Assembly: GCA_002633005.1 (NCBI GenBank)
Contig: NMRA01000125.1
Location: forward strand, 844,414-908,413
DNA: 64,000 nt
From: Phoronis australis
Taxonomy: Eukaryota; Animalia; Phoronida
Reading direction: 5' to 3'
Shown: positions 52,001 to 64,000 of the stretch, one piece after another
Position numbering within the stretch: the first letter of the stretch is position 1
Layout of the letters: each line of letters opens with the position of its first letter
Notes under the pieces: model-generated
What the model was told of the DNA's origin: nothing
The model's input: the letters and a program-made list of their open reading frames with translations, nothing else
Database searches by the model: none
Translations under genes and position numbers: made by a program

Positions 52001-53886
52001 ATTTCAAATGCAGTCAGTTCACGCGTGTCCGTGAGACCCACGTTGGTGTCGTCCTCTACCTGGCCCACGTCCGTGAACATATGTTGCACACCTGGCAGAC
52101 CAATTAGGAGGAACAAATTTTGATTTGAATTCAACCCAGCTTAAGACACAAGCTATCTACCTTAAGAAGGACATCTTGTGATCTTGGATTAACCTAATAC
52201 TTACATGTACATGTAAAGCAATAAGCGACAGTGCCATCGTTGAAAACCTTTTTTACTTCATTGGTGTGGAACTTTCATTTGCTTTTCAACTATAAGGTGT
52301 TAGCGTCCCTAATTACACATGGTGAAATCATGGACGGATTAGAGTTGATTGGATTGATTACTTCAAAGGGAACACTTTCCGCCGCCAACTAGATTTACTC
52401 CAAGCAATCACAATGGTCTACATTAACTATGGCATTTTTCAACACCAGAAATTGGGTCAAACAGAGGTCAGTTCTGTGTTCCCACTCACACCACTAAAGA
52501 GTTGCACATCGTATATTTCAAATGATATAACGCTCTGCATATTAAGAGAAAAAAAAACAAGCAAGAAATATATTTTTGGAGATAGCACAGTTTGCAGCTG
52601 AAAGAAGATACCCACGCCCAGCTCTAGAAAAATAAACTCTGAGTGGTGTAGACAAGAGCAGGAACTCACTGAGTGACACAACAACACATTGTAGTTACTC
52701 CCGTATTATTGTCAGGTTGGTACACCTCTTATACGCCAAAGGTAGATATCTGTGGATCATTTGTACAATGTCAGATTTTAGCCAAACCATCTAATACACA
52801 AAAGATAAAGAAAAAAGTCCATGATGAAATTCATATTATCATATTAAGTTTAGGTCTCCATACATTCGGACATGCTTTGAAGAGCACCACCAGCTGTGTT
52901 AAGAAAACAAACCAAGAGAACAAGGCTACAAAACAACATCTCATCTTCTCAGTATAGAATGCCAATTAGATGCCAAGCATACAAGATATATCAAGGTGCA
53001 GATGGGTTGAAGTATTGTGCTTGTTGTTGAGCTAGAGTTACTGGGCTGCATAAAGGTTGAAAGACAATGGAACTCAAGACAGCCTGCCAGAGTTGGGTTT
53101 TGATTAATGGCAAAATATGAATGTGGATGCCATCATTCGCCAAAATAGTGAACACAGGTGGCAATTGTATTTGACATTGAAGCCATTCTGATAACATTCC
53201 TTAGTTTTGGCCTCAGCAAAACCCAATGCAGAGCCTATCATTTACGATAAACCCAGCGTATACTATGTGCCTGCATACAATGGAAGGTTAATTTCTATAC
53301 AGCTCATTTCACATATCATTTCTTCAAAATGGCCGGTGTTGAGAGGCTGAGACTAAGCGTCACACTTGGCAAATAATAATTTCATTGAACACGGGATGTA
53401 ACACTTGACACAGACATCGCAATTAACTTCATCAAAATTGGGGAAGCTTAAATACTACCAAAGTGTACAACTACTGCAAGAACTTGGAATCTCACCAGTG
53501 AACAATATATTTCACTAAAAATTAGGTTGTCTCACCCGATGTGTGACCACTCTATCTCATTCCCAAAGTTACAAGGGCAACTTATGTGAAATCACACAAC
53601 ATCATGCTAATAAAGGCGAGATCTCACAAGGGTTTCACTAGCAACCATGTCACCTTACTGACAAACTCTAACAAACTGACCACCATTGAAAGTGATTGGA
53701 CCACAATACGGGAATGTTGCATCAGGACAATTTTCTCACTAGAAGTGTCTTGAGCATGACCAGCACTGAATGACCCATGTGAGTGCATAGACAAGACGGG
53801 CGCAGACTGGCATCACTGGTATGTGAGAAGCCTCACCGTGGCCAATGCCAGAATGAAGGTCAGCTAAACACAACATTCCTATGTTA

Positions 53887-56800
53887 CTATTTTTCTAGTT
53901 CTGATGTCTTTCCAACTTCATCACTCTTCTCGATAATGCTTAAATTTTTTGCGGCCTCAAACATTTCCAGCAACTGTTCCGTGCCAGTGACCTCCAGCTT
54001 AGGGGCTTTGAAACGTTCAAAATCGGGAAACTCAATAAGGTTCAACGAGGTGTCCTTATTCGTGAATGGGGTCCAGGTCCCTTGAATACTGGGTGTCTCT
54101 GTTCGCCAGTACTTGCGTAGTCTCACAGTTTTAACTCCTGACTGTGTGCGTAAAAGCTCAACCCATTTACAAATGTCCTCCATGTTATAATTGCGACACT
54201 GCACAGCGTGAGTATTGCCATTCACTGCAAAAGAAAAAAACATACCGGTAGTCCATGATCACAAGCCAAACAAAACTATGAAAAATACTATAGTTTGGGA
54301 CACAATGTCAGTTCAGACTGGTATCATAGCAGAGACTACACAGATCCAATCAATTCTGGCTTATTACTTGTCATAGAAATGAATTTGAGTAACTTAGACT
54401 GGCTCTCCCAACAAGAGCACTCATTGGTTTCTTGATCACAATAATTTTCTTTTGCTTCCAATTTCATGGTGATGTCAGCTGGGTAATGACAGAAGTTATA
54501 ATCTCAGTGTCTGTGTATACGGCTATTGTGTTTAGTACATGCACAGCACTGACATGACACTTACACGTATCACACTAGTCAATGTCTGTGTATACTGCGT
54601 TGATGGTTAGTTCACAGTATTAAATAGACAGCACTGACATGACACTATAGCACTAGTCAGTGTCTGTGTATACTGCACTGATGGTTATTTCATAGTGAAT
54701 GCACAGCACTGACATGACACTATCACACTATTCAGTGTCTGTGTATACTGCACTGGTGGATATTTCATAGTAAATGCACAGCACTTCACGTGACACCAAT
54801 CACACCAGTCAACTCAAGTGACTATCCAAATAAGGAAGTCAACACAGGAACTTTCAACTCACATGAAGCAGACAGGAGACGGGAACAATGCTACATGGTA
54901 GACAAGAGGAATTCTAAATTGAACTTCTTTAAAAATAACTCCTTAAGGAAGTGCTGGGATATGCAATACGGGTTTCTAAAGGAGTACCGGAACATTTTTC
55001 TGAAAGAATCCCAAGGGCACTTTTTGGATGCAGTCAGTTTGGAAAAATGAAAATCCCTGGCACCAGAACTTTCCGGAACCAGTGTGGTGCTTTAATTCTT
55101 ATTGAAATGGCATATTAACTTTTTTAGTTCATTCACTATCAATATCATGCAGCCCTATTTATTATCAAAACATAACATAACTTACAATAGTCACCAACGA
55201 GCCGAGGGTCTCGGTGGCGCCGGGGTTGAAGATAAACTGCAATACCAGGGTTCCGTCTGGCAAAGTCCAGCAATTCATTTTCGATGAAATCTCTGGAAAT
55301 AGAATATTCAGGGTATTTATTAAACAGAATTGAAGAAGTTACCCACAGTTCCTGTGGCGATTTTACCGAAGCAAAAGACGTGATGTGCAGCTTTCTCATC
55401 AGTGCTATCTGTTGCCAAGAGCATATAAAAGAAGCGATTGCAGACGTCCACATATTGCAGACGTCCACATATTGCAGACGTCCACATATTGCAGACGTCC
55501 ACATATTGCCAATATGAATAAATATAACAAGCGAAAGCATGGGTACCAGCTGATCGCAAGATGAACTATTCATGGAGACTAATGCACCCATAACTTATAG
55601 AGCAGTGGTGAGAAAGTGTACTTATGTTTGATTTTTTGGCTCAAAAGAAAGGGGAAAACGCCATGCAAGTCAGTAAAACAGACATAGTGACTATTTTATT
55701 GTAGGTTGAAAAACATAAAAGTTAGCAATGCACTCGGAAACCATTGTTTGTTTGTAAACAGTGAAGTCTTGTACTAAGGCGTAATGAATGGTTTGTAAAC
55801 ATTACGTTGTCCCCATGTAAGATCATGTAGAAACAGACAATAAAGAGTGCACAAATTCTCTCATAACAAAACACGAATGACATGAGACAAAACATAGGGG
55901 ATAACTGCTGTGAAGCCAAGTAAGTAAGAAGTGTGGCAGCGACAGGTCTGAAGAATTATATTATGTGATGGAAGCCAGAAGGAGAGAAATTTAACAAATG
56001 GACTGACGTCACCCAGGCTATTAAGTCGATGGATTGACGTCACCAAGGCCGGCCAAAAGCCAGTACGAAACTGGCCAGTCTCCTTCCGCATCTGTAAAAA
56101 GGTGGCCCGCGAGGAAAAAAGAACACTTCAAATCTAAATAAAGGGGTGGTGCATTACCTGGTGCCGAAATGGGCGCAACGAATGTCTGAAGTGGGGCAAG
56201 AGAGACGGAATTTGTGTGAACTATCCGGCAAAGGCCAACAAAAACAACGTTGGTTCCTGGTATTTACATCTGCTCATTTNCTTTTTGGATGCAAAGTCAG
56301 TTTTGAAAAATGAAAATCCCTGGCATCAGAACTTTCCGGGACCAGTGTGGTGCTTTAATTCTTATTGAACTGGCATATTAACTCTTTTAAGTTCATTCAC
56401 TATCAATATCATGCAGCCCTATTTATCATCAAAACATAACATAACTTACAATAGTCACCAACGAGCCGAGGGTCTCGGTGGCGCCGGGGTTGAAGATAAA
56501 CTGCAATACCAGGGTTCCGTCTGGCAAAGTCCAGCAATTCATTTTCGATGAAATCTCTGGAAATAGAGTATTTAGGGTATTTATTAAACAGAATTGAAGA
56601 AGTTACTCACAGTTCCTGGGGCGATTATACTGAAGCAAGAGACGTGATGTGCAGCTTTCTCATCAGTGCTATCTATTATCATGAGCATATAAAAGAAGCG
56701 ATTGCAGACGTCCACATATTGCAGACGTCCACATATTGCAGACGTCCACATATTGCCAATATGAATAAATATAACAAGCAAAAGCATGGGTACCAGCTGA

Positions 56801-59800
56801 TCGCAAGATGAACTATTCATGAAGACTAATGCACCCATAACTTATAGAGCAGTGGAGAGAAAGTGTGTACTTATGTTTGATTTTTTGGCTCAAAAGAAAG
56901 GGGAAAACGCCATGCAAGTCAGTAAAACAGACATAGTGACTATTTTATTGTAGGTTGTAAAACATAAAAGTTAGCAAGGCACTCGGAAACCATTGTTTGT
57001 TTGTAAACAGTGAAGTCTTGTACTAAGGCGTAATGAATGGTTTGTAAACATTACGTTGTCCCCATGTAAGATCATGTAGAAACAGACAATAAAGAGTGCA
57101 CAAATTCTCTCATAACAAAACACGAATGACATGAGACAAAACATAGGGGATAACTGCTGTGAAGCCAAGTAAGTAAGAAGTGTGGCAGCGACAGGTCTGA
57201 AGAATTATATTATGTGATGGAAGCCAGAAGGAGAGAAATTTAACAAATGGACCGACGTCACCCAGGCTATTAAGTCGATGGATTGACGTCACCAAGGCCG
57301 GCCAAAAGCCAGTACGAAACTGGCCAGTCTCCTTCCGCATCTGTAAAAAGGTGGCCCGCGAGGAAAAAAGAACACTTCAAATCTAAATAAAGGGGTGGTG
57401 CATTACCTGGTGCCGAAATGGGCGCAACGAATGTCTGAAGTGGGGCAAGAGAGACGGAATTTGTGTGAACTATCCGGCAAAGGCCAACAAAAACAACGTT
57501 GGTTCCTGGTATTTACATCTGCTCATTTCGAAGCCTGTGCTCAGGAACTAAAATTTAAAAAAAAATCTGCCTGTATCAATTTTAGTCAAGGTTTTCCATA
57601 CATTTTTGAAAAGCTGCACAAGGGCATGTAAAGTCAGGGTTGAACAAAGTTCGAAATGACATGATTTGACAAGCAATGAGTAAAAAAAATCCCACCTCAT
57701 TTTTGCTCTTAGGATTTTTTAGAAAAAGTGAGCTAAAAAATACCACAACAGCAACTGGATTTTCAGAAACACAAAAGACCAGAACCAATTAAGGGTTTTT
57801 GTGCTATTCTATAATAAAAATTCCTAAATTCCTCTCAGGCTCTTCAGTGCAAGCACTCAAATGTGATAATCAAGATTTAAGCAGTTCTGGGCACTAATAA
57901 CCAACAAGGCAAACGTTAAAGAAAAGATTAGTTTCAAAAATCATTTTTATAGAAAGTCAACACGTAATCCTTGTCAAGGCCTAATTTTACTATCAATTTT
58001 TCTGACTACAAAATAATACATCTTGCTTAGACAGATCACATTTTACAGTCTACTGCCAAGACCTCAATTTAGAAGCTGACAACTAGGTATTTTCAAGATT
58101 GTGCCAATTTATCCTTCTACACTGCCCGACTCTGTACTGTATTGTACTAGTACACCTGCTACGAAGAATTTGTTAAAACAGCAATACACCTGCCTTCCAC
58201 CATGTAGTATTAGCTCTGTAATGTAGTGTCATCTTTTGGAGAACTTTAGTACTTCGTCTGTCTGTTCTGACTCCAGTAATATAAGTGTGTTATATTTCGT
58301 CGGCTTGTGAAATCTATCAGATCAATACATAGTGAAAAATTTAATTGACAGCACCTAAAGTAAATGTAGTTAGTCTCCAAATGTTTGTTTCATAGTCATA
58401 TTCTTTGGTAGTGATTCTGGACGTGGAGGGGGCCTCCAAAAACTGATACTTTGTTATAACTAGAGATCAGGCTTTACAAGTTAGTAATTTATGTGCTGAG
58501 CATGTGCTCTGCCAAAACAAACTATCAGTGCATTGCAAACCCTGCAAGGAACAACATGAGGACATTTTTATTGCTCAGGATGTGGTAAAAATGCAAAAAT
58601 TCTTTGACAAAAACACAGGTTTGTAGTCGCTTCAACCAAGTTCTCAAGTGTTTTGAAGAGGCTTAGTTTGGACTATGATTCTAAAATCAGGGCTCTACAT
58701 AACGAGCTGTTTTGAATAGGTCTAGTCTGGACTATGATTCTGAAGCAGGGCTCAACATAATGAGCTGCAGATAGTGGTTAAAATATGAAATTGAGAATGT
58801 GAGCTGAAATTTTGGGCCAACTCGCATTTTGTCGCATGTGTTTAACTTGAACATTCCATTCCTGCCAGACGAGTCACATAACAGCATTTTTTTAGTCAAA
58901 CAGGAAAATGCAGATGCCGCAACATTGAAAATAATTTGTCCACAACAGTATTTTCTTTTTTGGTTGCAAGTTGAAATTCCAAAAAATTGCAACCTGGAAT
59001 TCTGGCTTCGTTGAAAATGACAAGCTGGTAATTTTAATTCAGTCGAGAATTGTGAAGGACCTGTGACCTGGCAATATGAATGAAGCACTGAGAAATAAAA
59101 TATCATTTGGGAGAGCCAAGCAAAGGTCAAAGCAAAAGGCACTCTGGCAATTGACCTTGCTGCAAAGCTGCAAAATTACTAAATATGCAGCTTTGCACTG
59201 GTGTGGGTAAAAAAACGACCAAATAAAATGTGACACAAAATTAGTGTCTTTAAGAACTACTCTTTTCCTTGAGTGAACTAAATTATTTACCGGTGTTGGA
59301 AATTGGCATTCTACTGGTATTCTGCAGCTAAAATTGTGGTGCAATCTTTTGCATCAGCCTTCGAAGCCATGAAATATGTCACCTATTGGCCAGTTTCTTT
59401 TTTCTCCAATTCTTCAATCAACTGTTCTTCTCTTCCACCAGGTTCCATACATGTCACAACAAATTATCAGAACTGGTTTCATTCCTTTACAAGTTCTCAG
59501 TATTTAAATACCAGCAAACTGAAATTCAGAACAAATTTTGATACAGCAAAGCTGTCATCTCTGGAAAAATGTTACAAGCGTACACCTTTCTTTGTTACAA
59601 AAGGCAGATAATTATGCAAGAAAGTGACGTCCATTAGAACGTTTTTCGCTGCAACGCCTGAATAGGGCAAAGTGAGTGTCGGTTGACTACGAAATTTTGC
59701 ATGCATCCCCGTCGGTCGTTAGCTCTAGACATTGATAGGTTTCACGACAAGGTGATGAGCAGAACTGCACAGGCTGAGTGAAATTTGGGGTCTAACGGAG

Positions 59801-62710
59801 CACAACACACAGTGGTACCTTGCTGTGTTTTGGAAATAGTGATCATAGAGCTAGTTGGCTGGTTTTGTGGTAGGCAACACGTAGGCCCTCGGTTCGCCGG
59901 TTAGGGGCTACAATACTTCCCATCGCTTTCTGTACGAATTTCGTCCCGTGTATTTTAAACGGGCAGTAGGCCAAATCTGGTCACCGATTAAGAGTTTTCA
60001 CCTCGTCAAAAATACATTCCCCACCTAAAACTATATCATTTAAAAAAGCACTTAATTTCTTCAGTGGTTCTTTCTACTTCTACACATACCTTTGATAAAG
60101 CTTAGCTATGAGAATTAAGGTGACTTTGGCAAAGAATTCCAACTCCACTTTTTTGGTTACGGTTAAACTTTTTCACCATTCGCCCGATAACCAGGAAGTA
60201 CGAGTGAAGCGCGTGACGGTGGTGCATGACACTTGCAAAATAGCATGGGAAGGTATCAGATTTGTGTCCCTTGGATGTTTTATTTGTCAACATGCGTTAT
60301 TTCAAGTAACTTCCTCAAAATGGCACCTGGTAAGAGAATCTTGAGCAAACTGCGACAGATTTTCATCGATTAGTTCAAATTATCTTAACTGAATCATCCC
60401 TAGACTTATGTTACGGTATGTGTTAGTTATTACTCCATGTGCATACACATACATGTTTCATTTGATTTTATTTCCTGTATTTTGAAATTCGTAACTTTTT
60501 ATGTGGATGTATTTGCTTAGTTTTGTGGCAATTGTTGTATTCCTACAGTACTCACTGGCTAGGCTTCCAGTAGGCAATGACCATCGCCTCTGTTGGCCCG
60601 ACCAGCGGCGATGCAGCTCCTATAGGCGCTCCATATGCTGGAAGCTTTTCGGCAAAGTATGCCTCGCACCGACTAAAGAATCAAAGTCACATTGTTATAA
60701 ATATCTTTTGAGCATAGAGGAACACCTTAGGAGGTTGTCGATGTGTTTAATTCCTTCCAACTCGAACAAATCCTCCCGTCATCAATTTTTTTCTTCGAGC
60801 AGTCTCTATTTCAGTTCCCAAAATCGTGAACTCACCATTTTCACTCGGCACACGCCAAGAGATATGACCTCATTCTTTTAACCAGGCCGAAGGTCAGAAG
60901 TTGCGGTCCTACCGGCGAACTTTAAAAGCTGAAGTCCCCGCCCTCTGCGTACGTGCTGCTGGGAACCAGCCGTGCATTTGCCATGTTGTTAAACATTAAA
61001 ATGTCAAATATGTACACAAAGACTATTAAATGTCATATCAACAGCATTTATTTTTATCAAATAAAAACAATAATTCATTGAAATATGATCAGTTTTAAGT
61101 AACGCCAATTAAAGACAAGTAGTAGTGGCATTTTGGAAACAAAACTTTGACTGACAAGACTGCAATGGGTCACCTTTGGCCTACTTAAAGATTGAGGTCA
61201 TGAAGTCAAATCACCTAGCGAGCGCGGTAAAAATTGGAGCGTGCGCAGTATAAAAATGGTGAGTTCACGATTTTGGGAACTGAACGAGTGACTGCTCGAA
61301 CAAAAAGTTCGATAACGGAAGTATTTGTTCGCGTTGGAAGGAATTAAACACATCCACAACCTCCTAAGGTGTCCCTCTATGCGCAAAAGGTATTTATAAC
61401 AACATGACTTTCATGCTTTAGCCAGTGCGAGGTATAATTCGCCGAAAAGCTTCCGGCGTATGGAGCGCCTACAGGAGCTGCATCAACTCTGGTCGGGCCA
61501 ACAGAGGCGATGGTCATTGCCTAGGCTTCCAGAAGTACTCACAAACTGTTAAAACACAGCTACTCAAGCTCGAATAAAACCCAATCGAGCTGCTCATCCC
61601 TGATTGCCAGATTGCATGCTGAAAAACTGCCACCAGCCTCCCACCAGCAGTATAATTTAAGAAACATAAGGGTGACCATAAAACTAGCAAATCACAAGAC
61701 ACCACAATGACAGTTGGCAAGTCTTACAACCTCTGCCTCTGGCTTAGCCAGCCAGCTAGCTGTATGAAGACTGTCGTCAAAATACAGCTAGGTCCCACTG
61801 CGTGTATTTCTTCCGTAGACCCAGAAATTGCACACAGCCAGGGTAGTTCTGCTCGTCACCGTGCCGTGAAACTTGTATCAACATGTAAAGCTAAAGACCG
61901 GACGGTGTGCATGCAAAATCTGGGAGTCAACCGATACTCACCTTGCCCGTTACAGCCGTTTAAGTGAAAAAAACAATGCAATAAACTTCATTTTCTTGCA
62001 TAACTCTCTGCCTTTTCTAACAATGAAAAGTATTTCGTCGTTTTGAAAACAGTACGCTCGTGTCACGCGCACGCGCCATTTCCTAAATTTTTGCGACACT
62101 TCTCAGGAGACAATGATAGCTTGGAAGCAAAATTAATTTCTTCTGAAATTCGATTTTTCGGTACCAAAATTCTAAAAACTTTTAATGAGGTGAAACCAGT
62201 TCTGATAATTTGTTGTGACGTGTACGCAACCTCGTAAAAGAACAACAGTTGATTGAAGAATCGGCGAAAAAAGAAACTGGCCAATAGGTGACGCAAAATT
62301 TGATGGCGCCGAAAGCGGTCGCTACCTAAAGATCGCTCCACACCTTTAGCAGCAGAATAACAGTAGAACGCCACTTTTGCCAACACCGTTAAATAATTTA
62401 AATTACTCAAGGAAGACTGTAGTTTTTAATGACGCTAATTTTGTGTCAGATTTTATCTTACCACTTTTTTACCCGCATCGGAGCAAAGCTGTATATTAAT
62501 TATATACAGCTTTGTACCAAGGCTACCTCTGGCTCTGTTGTGTCGCGCGCGCAGCAGAAGAGATGCCGAGTTAAAATACCTCATTCCTCTGCTACTGCCA
62601 TGTTCTTTGCAAAACTTGAATGTCAATCTTTGCAGCTGACAAACGTATCGGCCGACTCCATTATGAAGTACCGAGGTAACCAAACCGCTAGGAATACTCC
62701 GACCCGACAT
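53887..62710 (-). CDS. MRPL43: Mitochondrial ribosomal protein L43; complement(join(53887..54224,55186..55292 [or 56450..56556],62580..62710)), 191 aa
   Basis: SVLHNGVGRYVCQLQRLTFKFCKEHGSSRGMR|DFIENELLDFARRNPGIAVYLQPRRHRDPRLVGDY|LNG...TETPSIQGTWTPFTN is the recognisable mL43 pattern; GT-AG junctions in phase (131+107+338 nt). Confidence 0.95.
54504..54812. repeat. ~4 imperfect ~75-bp tandem units (cagtgtctgtgtatactgc...cagcactgacatgacact) in MRPL43 intron 2
   Basis: Repeated gtctgtgtatac and cagcactgacatgacact blocks. Confidence 0.85.
55020..57528. repeat. ~1.25-kb tandem duplication (55020-56279 / 56281-57528) around a single N
   Basis: Near-identical copies; the internal 17-bp VNTR (ATTGCAGACGTCCACAT) has 4 units at 55437-55504 and 3 units at 56701-56751. 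Confidence 0.92.
56450..56556 (-). CDS. MRPL43: Duplicate copy of MRPL43 exon 2 (likely haplotype artefact)
   Basis: Same 107-nt exon as 55186..55292, in a duplicated block after the single N at 56280. Confidence 0.6.
59151..62525. mobile_element. Old non-autonomous foldback DNA element with ~700-bp imperfect TIRs (~59151-59865 / ~61745-62525) in MRPL43 intron 1
   Basis: Collinear reverse-complement similarity, e.g. gtcacctattggccagtttctttttt vs aaaaaagaaactggccaataggtgac, and gtcacaacaaattatcagaactggtttca vs tgaaaccagttctgataatttgttgtgac; degenerate 9-bp flanks actctggca (59141-49) / cctctggct (62526-34). Confidence 0.75.
60571..61523. mobile_element. 953-bp non-autonomous DNA transposon, ~330-bp TIRs, 9-bp TSD, nested in the previous element
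   Basis: Termini TAGGCAATGACCATCGCCTCTGTTGGCCC / GGGCCAACAGAGGCGATGGTCATTGCCTA; exact TSD ggcttccag at 60562-70 and 61524-32. Confidence 0.85.
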
Positions 62711-63053
62711 GCCGAAAGTCTAAGTTACATAAGTAGACAGTAATGATTTTATTTGTAGCATATCTTTCAGTATAGCATACCAATTTCTCCTTTTGTCTTG
62801 TTGAAAAGTTCTCAAAAAGCAAAACAAAATTAAACACTTTGACGTTTCATGAAGAATTTCTAAAATCAATAAATTTCCCATGTAAGTAAAACTGTCAATT
62901 GATAGTTTTATGAAAGTTTCTGTTTCCTCTTGCGCGAAATTCAATTTTTGGTCTAACTGCGCAAGTATGGTGGTCAACATCAACTTCCGTATTTTCTGCT
63001 CTGCATATGATTTCCCCGTCACCTGGTCACAGAGAATCGCAAAGTCGTGATTC
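62711..63053. promoter_or_regulatory. Putative bidirectional promoter MRPL43/CHMP7
   Basis: Only 343 bp between divergent start codons. Confidence 0.7.
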
Positions 63054-63343
63054 ATGAGTAGTATGGCAACTAAAGACGAGAAAGAAGAAGACTGTGCCAT
63101 TGAACTTCCGGAAGTTTGGAAAGATGATCAGCGGATGGATGTTCTGTTTTCGCCATTCCGAGACAACAGAGAAATCAATCCAAATTCATGGGACACGAAA
63201 CACAAGTTCTGGTCTAAAATGATAACCCAGCTTTGTCGCGAAAGTAAAACGCTGATATTTGATCCAAAGTCTTTGCATCGGAAATTCAAACGTAAAGGCA
63301 AAACGCCAGTGTGTCTCGTCCAAGTGCTGTCTGAAATGCACAG
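63054..63343 (+). CDS. CHMP7: Charged multivesicular body protein 7 (ESCRT-III related), first coding exon; gene continues beyond the window
   Basis: WKDDQRMDVLFSPFRDNREINPNSWDTKHKFW...FKRKGKTPVCLVQVL matches the CHMP7 N-terminal winged-helix region; donor AG|gtact at 63343. Confidence 0.9.
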
Positions 63344-64000
63344 GTACTTCTTGTAGTAGCAGTGTGTCAATGTTCCGGCCCGCATTGGAATCCAGCCCAA
63401 ATCGGAATATTCAACTCCTCTACTTAGCAGTAGAGACAGTGATGCTCCCATATTCCCTTCATACGCTGGAAGTTTGTATTTCAATTAAGCCCCACATTGG
63501 TTAAACCATCAAACTCGTGTTGCCAGTATGAGTTTTTAAATGAGTACCTTTTGCACATGGAGTGATACCTCAGGACGCCGTCGGGCCATTAATTCTTTCC
63601 AACTCAAACAAATACTCCCATAATCAAACTTTTTAGCAGTCCTTCGTTCAGTTGCCCTAATCGCCAGCTGGCAATTTTTACATTGCTCGTGCCAGGAGAT
63701 AGGAAGAAAAACTTCTGGCGTATGAAGGGCCTATGGGAGCGCCACCGTCTCTACTGTTAAGTAGAGGTGGTGGCAGTGTCTACTGTTGTAGCTGCCTTAG
63801 TGATTAGTTTATGTGCTGTCTCCTCTAGTGAGTCATGTTAGAGGCTGTGTCATTGCCTAAAAGCATCCATAAAGGTGCGCTTTATAAAAACTTATCATTA
63901 GTAATCGGGCCTAATTTTTCCTTATGAATACCCAGTTTTAATAGAGGTTATTCTTGAACTTGGGAGAGACTGATAATTCATTAGTGCTTGAGACCAGGCT

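Noticed and set aside
51793-52134. 113-aa minus-strand ORF downstream of MRPL43
   Set aside because: No recognisable homology or convincing exon boundaries.
7482-63343. RNF103 near a CHMP gene, echoing vertebrate RNF103-CHMP3
   Set aside because: The gene here is CHMP7, 50 kb away and divergently oriented; probably coincidence.

Overview
Animal (invertebrate-like, ~40% GC, GT-AG introns) draft-assembly window with two N-gaps and three single-N joins. I spliced five protein-coding loci by hand. (1) RNF103 RING E3 ligase, minus strand, 3 exons, 706 aa. (2) A 7-exon, 375-aa dye-decolourising (DyP, YfeX-like) haem peroxidase on the plus strand; its short first exon is missing from the ORF track and starts a bipartite mitochondrial presequence. 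(3) An orphan minus-strand gene, last exon 27853-27315 plus a candidate upstream exon. (4) MRPL43, minus strand, 3 exons, 191 aa. (5) The first exon of CHMP7, head-to-head with MRPL43. Mobile DNA includes a very young Ty3/Gypsy LTR element (identical 290-bp LTRs, TTAA TSD, tRNA-Lys PBS, PNMA-like Gag), two nested long-TIR foldback elements in MRPL43 intron 1, and many short MITE-like repeats. Two ~1.2-kb tandem duplications flanking single Ns look like uncollapsed haplotypes. The most interesting candidate is the intron-rich animal DyP apparently routed to the mitochondrial intermembrane space. All family assignments are by eye; no database search was run.
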